Origin: Octopus sinensis
Taxonomy: Eukaryota
Reading direction: 5' to 3'
Assembly (NCBI RefSeq): GCF_006345805.1
Contig: NW_021833381.1
Coordinates: 1 to 28,092, forward strand
DNA length: 28,092 bases
A program made the position numbers and the translations under genes. Shown piece after piece: positions 20,228 through 28,092 of this stretch. Positions within the stretch are counted from its first letter, which is position 1, and the number at the start of each line of letters is the position of its first letter. The notes under the pieces are model-generated. The model had not been told where the DNA came from, did not search any database, and was given only the letters and a program-made list of their open reading frames with translations.

Positions 20228-20372
20228 GTACGACGGGCTTCTTTCAGTTTCCATCTACCAAATCCACTCACAAGGCTTTGGTCGGTCCGTGGCTATAGTA
20301 GAAGACACCTTGCCCAAGTTGCCACGCAGTGGGACTGAACCCGGAACCATGTGGTTGGGAAGCAAGCTTCTT
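20228..20372 (-). mobile_element. SINE family 1, 5' module (head A)
   Basis: acgacgggcttctttcagtttcc...gggactgaacccggaaccatgtggttgggaagcaagcttc. Confidence 0.9.
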
Positions 20373-20374
20373 AG

Positions 20375-20609
20375 CACAAATTACTTCTTTCAAAGTTGTT
20401 ATTCACACATTCACTTGTTTAGGTTGAACTGCGATGAAATGTTAGAGAAAAAAAACCTAGCTGTTTCTTGCAATACATTTACATCTAAACTTTTTATTGG
20501 CCTTTCAAATACTACTGCGGATCCCCAATTTACTATTTTGCTACAGTGGACTCCCAAAAATCTCATATGGCCTTCTATGAGTCATATGAACCCCGGTTGA
20601 GAGTCACAG
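20375..20609 (-). mobile_element. hAT-like MITE relic (one end), duplicated at 21327-21559
   Basis: Minus-strand ctgtgactctcaaccggggttcatatg...atatgagattttt aligns with 23155-23207 taggggttctcaaatggggtccacatgg...atgagagatttt. CAGNGGTTCTCAA-type termini are typical of hAT (Charlie-like) elements. Confidence 0.5.
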
Positions 20610-20948
20610 GTCTAAACTCTTCTTGCTTATACATCATGTGTCCACCTTGTCGTCCTACTCACAACTTAGTATTATTAGATCAACCTTTCTCTGTGTTTGT
20701 CAGCTGGTAAAGAGGCCATCGGGTATATTCTTTCATATTCTCCACCGCCCTTCACCTCCGCTCTTTTCTTCATTCTGTCTCTTTCCCAGCTGTCACTAAA
20801 TGTCCAACGCTTTGTCTTCTCACAACATGATGGCTAGGGAGCTCAACCTGGCTTTTGTTTCGTTTTCAATAACTTTTCTTATATAATAACCATATTATAT
20901 ATTATCATTGTGTTATTTTATAACTTTTCTCATAACTTTGACATTGAT

Positions 20949-21324
20949 ACTCTTTACTCTTTTCCTTGTTTCAGTCATTTGACTGCGGCCATGCTGGAGC
21001 ACCGCCTTTAGTCGAGCAACTCGACCCCGGAACTTATTCTTTGTAAGCCCAGTACTTATTCTATCGGTCTCTTTTGCCGAATGGCTAAGTAACGGGGACA
21101 TAACCCACACCAGCATCGGTTGTCAAGCAATGCTAGGGGGACAAAACAGACAACACAACACACACACGCATATATATACATATATACGACGGCTTCTTTC
21201 AGTTTCCGTCTACCAAATCCACTCACAAGGCTTTGGTCGGTCCGGTGCTATAGTAGAAGACAACCGGCCCAGTTGCCACGCAGTGGACTGAACCCGGAAC
21301 CATGTGGTTGGGAAGCAAGCTTCT
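20949..21324 (-). mobile_element. SINE family 1, chimeric copy at the duplication junction
   Basis: Its 3' module matches the 21895-22126 copy, while its 5' module ends like head A (gggaagcaagcttctagcacaaatt). Confidence 0.85.
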
Positions 21325-21894
21325 AGCACAAATTACTTCTTTCAAAGTTGTTATTCACACATTCACTTGTTTAGGTTGAACTGCGATGAATGGTTAGAGA
21401 AAAAAACCTAGCTGTTTTCTGCAATACATTTACATCTAAACTTTTTATTGGCCTTTCAATACTACTGCGGATCCCCAATTTACTATTTTGCTAACAGTGG
21501 ACTCCCAAAAATCTCATATGGCCTTCTATGAGTCATATGACCCCGGTTGAGAGTCACAGGTCTAAACTCTTCTTGCTTATACATCATGTGTCCACCTTGT
21601 CCGTCCTACTCACAACTTAGTATTATTAGATCAACCTTTCTCTGTGTTTGTCAGCTGGTAAAGAGGCCATCGGGTATATTCTTTCATATTCTCCACCGCC
21701 CTTCACCTCCGCTCTTTTCTCTTCATTCTGTCTCTTTTCCCCTGTCACTAAATGTCCAACGCTTTGTCTTCTCACAACATGATGGCTAGGGAGCTCAACC
21801 TGGCTTTTGTTTCGTTTTCAATACTTTCTTATATAATAACCTTTATATATTATCATTGTGTTTTTTTAACTTTTCTCATAACTTTGACATTGAT

Positions 21895-22294
21895 ACTCTT
21901 TACTCTTTTCCTTGTTTCATCATTTGACTGCGGCCATGCTGGAGCACCGCCTTTAGTCGAGCACTCGACCCCGGAACTTATTCTTTTGTAAACCCAGTAC
22001 TTATTCTATCGGTCTTTTTTGCCGAATGGCTAAGTAACGGGGACATAAACACACCAGCATCGGTTGTCAAGCAATGCTAGGGGGACAAACCAGACACACA
22101 AACACACACGCATATATATACATATAACGACGGGCTTCTTTCAGTTTCCGTCTACCAAATCCGCCACTCACAAGGCTTTGTCGGCCAGAGGCTATAGTAG
22201 AAGACACTTGCCCAAGGTGCCACGCAGTAGGACTGAACCCGGATAATCATGTGGTTGGTAAGCAAGCTACTTACCACACAGCCACTCCTACGCC
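21895..22294 (-). mobile_element. SINE family 1, full-length (head B)
   Basis: Complete from the tail tactcttttccttgtttc to the head ccacacagccactcctacgcc. Confidence 0.9.
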
Positions 22295-22307
22295 TGATAA
22301 TTATATT

Positions 22308-22400
22308 CTCTTTTATTGGTTTCAATCACTGGACAGCAGCCACGCTGGAGCACCGTCTTCGAAGGCTTTTAGTCAATTATGCTGAACTCTAGTACTTGTG
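22308..22400 (-). mobile_element. Degenerate 3' end of SINE family 1
   Basis: ctcttttattggtttcaatcactggacagcagccacgctggagcaccgtc. Confidence 0.55.
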
Positions 22401-22439
22401 CTTTTCTGTTATTTTTCTTGATGTTGTTGTTCATATCAC

Positions 22440-22690
22440 TATTATTGTTGTTGTTGATGTTTTTGTTGACGTTGTTCAATCTCAGGTCAGCCTTGATGGA
22501 GCAAACCTATTATCAACTATATTCCACATTCCAACAGTGACCACCCTGTTTTTTTCTTTATGTAAAAGGAACTCTGGAATACATTATCTAGCGTGTTTTT
22601 TTCTATGACATTAAGACCGTGATATGAGAAGGATTTGGCTGCTATTTCTGTTAAGTCCAGCGGCTACGTAATAGTTTCCTCGTTGGATCG
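22440..22690 (-). mobile_element. Family D interspersed repeat with (AAC)n tail
   Basis: A (GTT)n run precedes ctcaggtcagccttgatggagcaaacctattatcaa; atttggctgctatttct at 22633-22649 is the exact reverse complement of 27499-27515. Confidence 0.6.
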
Positions 22691-22779
22691 ATCTAGGTAG
22701 ATATTTCAGTCTTTTAACGTATTATACCGGTCTCTGTTTGCCGATCCGCTTAGGTACGGGACACAAATCGTCAAACATA

Positions 22780-22896
22780 AACATAGAAACTCATATATGG
22801 ATGTGTGCGTGTATGTGTATGTATGTGTGTGTGTATGAGCACACACAGACAAACATATATGAAAACTCGTATATGATATGTGTATGTGTGTGCATG

Positions 22897-22931
<35 letters not shown>

Positions 22932-23009
22932 ATATGTATGTATGTATGTATGTATGCATACAAACATGCACATACACATATATGTACATATGTACGTACA
23001 TACTTATTC

Positions 23010-23056
<47 letters not shown>

Positions 23057-23130
23057 TAAAGAAAATGTGTATATGTGTATGTGAGTGTATGTATTCGTGT
23101 ATGTTTGTACGTATGCATGTATGTATATAA
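22780..23130. repeat. Compound (TA)n/(TATG)n/(GATA)n microsatellites
   Basis: Direct inspection. Confidence 0.9.
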
Positions 23131-23154
23131 ACAACACCATTCTTTCGTCTACCA

Positions 23155-23415
23155 TAGGGGTTCTCAAATGGGGTCCACATGGCCCTTGAGGATCTATGAG
23201 AGATTTTATTGTTAACAATTATGCCCAATAAATCGTTCATGCTTCTACAATACACAAAATATCTTAATAATTCTTATATACAATTCTTAACAATATTTAA
23301 CTATAAAAATATAATGGGATTTAAAAAAAGAAAATTCAAATGGCCATTGGATTTCAGTAGAGTAAAACAGGAATCAAAGAGATCCAAAGGAGAAAAAAAT
23401 GGTGGAGAACCAATT
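23155..23415 (+). mobile_element. hAT-like MITE, about 260 bp, degenerate TIRs, no TSD recovered
   Basis: Left end taggggttctcaa, right end tggagaaccaatt (imperfect inverted match), AT-rich interior. The 8-bp flanks gtctacca and tcgatcgg do not match. Confidence 0.55.
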
Positions 23416-24214
23416 TCGATCGGTAGTCAACGGTAGTCAACGCGAGGCTACAGTAGAAAATGTGTAACGGGATCGAAACTAAAATTACGACGAATGGAAA
23501 GAAACTCCTTTAACCACGCATCTATACACCTAATGGAAACTGAAAGAAAAGAGAGAGCGGGACAGAGGCAGAAAGAAAGAGACAGAGAGAGCGAGGCAGA
23601 TTCACAGTGAGCGGGAGACAGTCAAAGAAAAGCACACAGAGAGAGTGGGGGGGGATACAGAGAGAAAAATTCACAGCCGTTGTTTCTTTTGACGCTGCTT
23701 ACAATAACTTCGACATTTTTTCCCACAAATGGTTCAAATGAAAACATTATTTGAAAAGAACTCAAACAAGACAGGTAGGAATCATACAAACGAACTGAAG
23801 AAAAGAAACTTTACAATTCTATTATTGCCGTTTGGGAAAAAACTAGTTGATATTAACAATAATACGCCGTTCGTTGTATTTACGACGTAGACATGACTTC
23901 GTTTAATCACCAAACTTCCGCCATCAGGAAAATATGATTTGCAGTGAAAAGTCAGTTGTCATTATGGACCAGTGTTTTGTTGATCAATTAATGACCAATT
24001 TTAATTTGAAAGAACAATGTAGTCTATAATGATCAACGTTATTATTTTTTTTTTTACTAATTTAGTTAGTGTTATTTATATTTTTGTCTTTATTTCTATT
24101 CTGTTTTTTTATCTGTTTATTTGATTATTTATTTATATATTTTTGTTTACTGTACTGAATTCAAGATTTCATTTCCTATTGTCTCTTTAACAGTTTCATG
24201 ATCGATGCTAACTC

Positions 24215-24217
24215 TCC

Positions 24218-24248
<31 letters not shown>

Positions 24249-24440
24249 CCTATTTATTTATTTATTTCTCTCTTTCACTATTGCTCCCCCTTTTCAATTA
24301 CTCTCTGAACATGCACTCACATACATATATACTTGTATGCAAACATACGTGCACATACATATCTATATTCATACATGTGTACACACACGCACGCACACAC
24401 AAACACACACACACACACACGCGCGCATACACACATACGT
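24215..24440. repeat. (CT)n and (CA)n microsatellites
   Basis: Direct inspection. Confidence 0.85.
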
Positions 24441-24631
24441 ATGGATAAGATAGCACGAGGGTGAAAGATATCAGGCTTGAATAGAGAATTGTTACATCTG
24501 TCTCTGCACTGCACACCATAATGGAAGAATATTCTAATTCTTTTACAGTTGGATACTCTGCAGTTGTTCAATAACTAGAAAGAATGTTCTTCTAACATAG
24601 TTTTTGAATATAAACTCAACAACTTGAATAT

Positions 24632-24794
24632 GTGTAGGAGCGGCTGTGTGGTAAGAAGCTTGCTTCCCAACCACATAGTTCCGGGTTCAGTCCCACTGCG
24701 TGGCATCTTTGGCGAGCGTCTTCTACTTTATCCTCGGGCGGACCAAATTTTTATCAGTAAATTTGATAGACGGAAGCAGAAAGAAGCCCGTCGT
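24632..24794 (+). mobile_element. SINE family 1, 5' module
   Basis: gtgtaggagcggctgtgtggtaagaagc...ggttcagtccc...gaagcccgtcgtat. Confidence 0.88.
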
Positions 24795-24842
24795 ATATAT
24801 ATAGATAGATAGATAGATAGATATAGATATATACCTTCCCAT

Positions 24843-24900
<58 letters not shown>

Positions 24901-24902
<2 letters not shown>

Positions 24903-26112
24903 CTGGCTGGCATACCCGGTAATTCCTGGAAAAGCGGGGCTTATCCTCGGGTCCCGTTCTCATAATTTTTTTCTCTAATCCAATAGCAATAATACAAAGT
25001 ATGTTACCCTTAAAGCGGTTTTTGTGCATTCACAGAGGATACCGAACCGTCTTACAAAGGATCTTGTTTATAGGAAATCCGTATAAGTTATGACTACTAA
25101 AATCCTGAAGTCAGTTACGTTGATAACATGCAAATTAGTTACCCGATAGCAACAATTCAAATAAACTAGCCCTGAAAGGAGCTTTCGTGGGTTCCCAGAG
25201 TATATAGAACTTAGGAGGAACTACCAATAAGGTACGTACACTAAAATCGTGAAGCATGTTACGTAATAACAGGCTAATCAGATATGAGATAATAACAATT
25301 CAAAGTAACTCTGAAAGTTCTTCAGGCAGCGCCTGCCAATTGGCTGGAATGACATGAAAGACATCGTCATTCATGGTACATTCGTGAATAAGTCACTAAC
25401 CGAAATAAGTGGATTTATTGTTGAGGAAAATACTATTTACTTGTTTAAGGGTTGTTCTGGGTAAAGTGCGAAAATAACCCTAACAGTTCAAATACTAAGA
25501 ATTAAACATACTCGACTTGATTTATACCAAATAAAATGTAATATATTGAAAATTTTTTGCACGATTGCCATGGTGTAAAATTTGCAAACAAATTGTAGCA
25601 TTGATATCTTCATAACTCTTGGTGAGATTTTACTCAGATTTGTTTTAAATTAAAGATCTTAGGTAGTTCTATGAAATGCCATTAAATTTATATATTGACT
25701 TAGGACATGGTTTAGATTGATAGTATCACTGACCTTGTCTGACGACTTCTTGTATGAAAGTCTACGTAATGTAGAACGCACACGTATTTATACAACGTTT
25801 CCACTGGCAACCGGTCACTAATGATATTGCTTCTCTAACAAATGGAGGGAGAAATGACTAGTGGGCAAAAGGGAAAAATAAAGAAAATGAATGGGTTATT
25901 TCCCATTGGCCGTCAAAGCAAAATAGATGGGTTATATCTGGACCCCTTCTAGGGGCCCTAGCCGTCCAATTTTGGATTTTTATTGAACTGCAATGAGCCT
26001 AGTAACAAACTGGATGTTGGTTTAACATGTATGCAAAGTTTCATGAAGATTCGTTAATGAGTGTAGACGTCAACTTAACACACAGAAACAGACAACCAAA
26101 CAGACAAGCGTG

Positions 26113-26118
<6 letters not shown>
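24901..26118 (+). mobile_element. Probable non-autonomous Helitron/Helentron-like element (Lep1/DINE-1-like ends)
   Basis: Embedded in (TA)n. The 5' end tactggctgggcatacccgg resembles the TACTAGCT...ACCCG start, and the 3' end atgcaaagtttcatgaagattcg...gacgt...acagaaacagacaaccaaacagaca resembles the AAATTTCAT...(ACAG)n end that I recall for these families. No ORF, TIR or TSD seen. Confidence 0.5.
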
Positions 26119-26153
<35 letters not shown>

Positions 26154-26209
26154 ATATATATATATATATTGTATATATACGTGTGTGTGTGTGTGTGTAT
26201 GTGCTTGAT

Positions 26210-26401
26210 CTTGTGGTTGTGCTTGTCCCTCAACACCGCTTGACAATCGTGGTGGTTTGTTTATGTCTCCGTAAACTAGCAGTTCGTCAAATAAGTACCT
26301 CACTTCAGAAACACACAAGCATTGGGATCGATTTATCGACCAAACCCTTCAAGGCGGGTCCCCTGCTTAGTCGCAGTCTAATGACAGATACAAGTAAAAG
26401 A
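26210..26401 (+). mobile_element. SINE family 1, diverged 3' module
   Basis: ttgtccctcaacaccgcttgacaatcg...gggatcgatttatcgacc...gtcgcagtctaatgacagatacaagtaaaaga. Confidence 0.75.
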
Positions 26402-26830
26402 TGTATGTATGTATGTATGTATATATGTATGTATGTATGTATGTATCTATGTATGTATCTATGTATATATGTATGTATGTATTTATGTATGTATGTATCT
26501 ATGTATGTATCTAGGTATGTATGTATATATGTATGTATGTATGTATGCATGTATATATACATGTATGTATGTGTATATGTAAGCATGATGTATGTATATA
26601 GTATCCATGCATGTATGTAAGTATGCATGTATGCCATGCATGCATGTATGTATGTATGTTGTATGTATGTATGTATGTATGTATGCAGCATGCATATATA
26701 TATATATATCTATATTTAATATATATATATTATAAGATATATATAGATATATATAATATATTATACATACATATATATATGCGCGTATGTACGTTTACGT
26801 GTATGCATGTATGCATGTATGTATTTATGT
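26400..26830. repeat. (TATG)n/(TA)n microsatellite block
   Basis: Direct inspection. Confidence 0.95.
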
Positions 26831-27284
26831 ATGTTCCGACAGACTTATGGGATGATCAGGACCAAACCATTGCGCGATCAATTCTTACCTAGGGCGAAAC
26901 AACAACGGCAGTAACAACAATAGCTACAGCATCAACGCCCATATCTTCTACAACAACAACAACAACAACACCAACAACAACCGTATCATGAGCAGCAGCA
27001 GCAGCCGCAGACGTGTTAGTGATGGTGGTGTCGGTGGAAACTGCTTAGTCGGCCCAGCAAGGAAAGTAAGTGACAAGCTTGGGTGGCAGGGAGTGAAACG
27101 GGGGGGCAGCCGACTTCAGAGGGAAATCCTAGTGCTGGGTCTGTCATGGCGCACGGAATTGGCGCCATTACAATTTAGCTTCAAGCGTATCACCTTACCT
27201 GATATGTTTCGACTTTGAAAGCTGCGTCGGCAGAGAGGCGGAGCTAATATTTCGCCGTTACTGATTCGAAACAGCACAACTAAA

Positions 27285-27460
27285 CTACCACCACACCCAC
27301 CACCACCGCCGTCGCCGCCGCCGCCGCCAATGTCAACAATAACAATAACAATAACGGTAATGATATCGCCACCATTGCCGTCACCATTACGCATATAACA
27401 ACCATCGCAACCATCGTCATTACTACCATTGTAAACATCACCATCAACGCCACCACCACC
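27285..27460. repeat. Degenerate (CCA)n/(GCC)n/(AAC)n trinucleotide tract
   Basis: Direct inspection. Confidence 0.8.
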
Positions 27461-27534
27461 TTCTGTGAAGCAGACGCTACGCTGTCAACCAGCCAGCAAG
27501 AAATAGCAGCCAAATTTCTCTCAAAACACATCCT

Positions 27535-27968
27535 GGATCTTTTCGGTTTGAACGGCAGTTTTTAACATAATTTCCATGTAACTAAACACTTTTAAACTTC
27601 GTATACTGGTAGAATGTGTTTATAAAACATCTTTTTCTCTGGCTTTTATTGAGAAAATTCTATAGTTTGTAAGATATTGTTGTTCTTTTTCCTCAATTTC
27701 TGCAATTTCAACCAATCAATAACGGTATTTTTTTGTGGTGAAAACATTCTGTGCCGTATGAATATGTTCCCTCGTTTAAGAAACAGATTGGGTTTATTTA
27801 CATTTGTGAGAAAAGATACCCTTCCCCCCACCCCTAACCCAACCCTAACCTAACTAACCCTAACCCTAAAACAGATTGAAATGCAATAGATCGATACTAG
27901 GGTATAATTAGGGTGACCATTTCATATAACACCACTAGAAAAAACTGCCGTTCAAACCGAAAAGATCC
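27535..27968. mobile_element. Complete 434-bp non-autonomous DNA transposon (MITE), Merlin-like or hAT-like
   Basis: Perfect 29-bp TIR ggatcttttcggtttgaacggcagttttt at 27535-27563 and 27940-27968, and perfect 8-bp TSD cacatcct at 27527-27534 and 27969-27976. GG termini plus an 8-bp TSD fit Merlin best; the superfamily is not proven. Confidence 0.93.
27832..27869. repeat. Telomere-like (CCCTAA)n degenerate array inside the MITE
   Basis: ccctaacccaaccctaacctaactaaccctaaccctaa. Confidence 0.85.
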
Positions 27969-28092
27969 CACATCCTATTTTCTGAAAAACGGGAAGTATA
28001 TTTTTTGGATAATGTAAGTAAATGTACTCGACTTTAAATAAAATGGGACTGTCACGGCTGGGACGCATTTGATAAGAGGCCTACTCGATCAG

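Larger units (their letters stand above)
20230..22126. repeat. Direct tandem duplication, unit about 950 bp x 2 (20230-21185, 21186-22126)
   Basis: acgacgg anchors at 20230, 21186 and 22127. The intervening unique sequence is nearly identical between units; differences are mostly 1-bp homopolymer indels. Confidence 0.95.
27495..28092 (+). mobile_element. Family D interspersed repeat interrupted by the MITE; runs off the window end
   Basis: 27499-27534 joined to 27977-28092 aligns colinearly with the reverse complement of 22478-22650. Confidence 0.6.

Noticed and set aside
24530-24600. Branch-point/acceptor-like ctaattcttttacag
   Set aside because: All frames stop quickly and there is no donor.
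27832-27869. True telomere or chromosome end
   Set aside because: Short, degenerate and internal to a TIR element.

Overview
Eukaryotic, AT-rich, repeat-saturated non-coding DNA (intron or intergenic). I found no confidently supportable protein-coding exon; nearly every ORF in the supplied track is a translated microsatellite. The repeat content (very long compound TA/TATG/GATA/AAT/GAT microsatellites plus the tRNA-derived SINE families) is what I recognise from octopus (coleoid cephalopod) genomes; this is recall, not a database result. Contents: (1) about a dozen copies or fragments of a bipartite tRNA-SINE with an internal (TA)n/(TG)n linker (family 1); (2) Nin-domain-like SINEs, including a 3 x 185 bp tandem multimer; (3) three tRNA-SINEs that swap cores and tails; (4) a complete 434-bp MITE with 29-bp TIRs, an 8-bp TSD and internal telomere-like repeats; (5) hAT-like MITE relics; (6) a probable non-autonomous Helitron/Helentron-like element nested in a SINE; (7) a SINE-bounded tandem duplication of about 950 bp; (8) a 1.56-kb (GGTT)n tract. 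The most interesting signal is a set of minimal type-I hammerhead-ribozyme-like motifs in Penelope-like fragments. These include a 174-bp palindrome at 568-741 that presents a hammerhead in each polarity.
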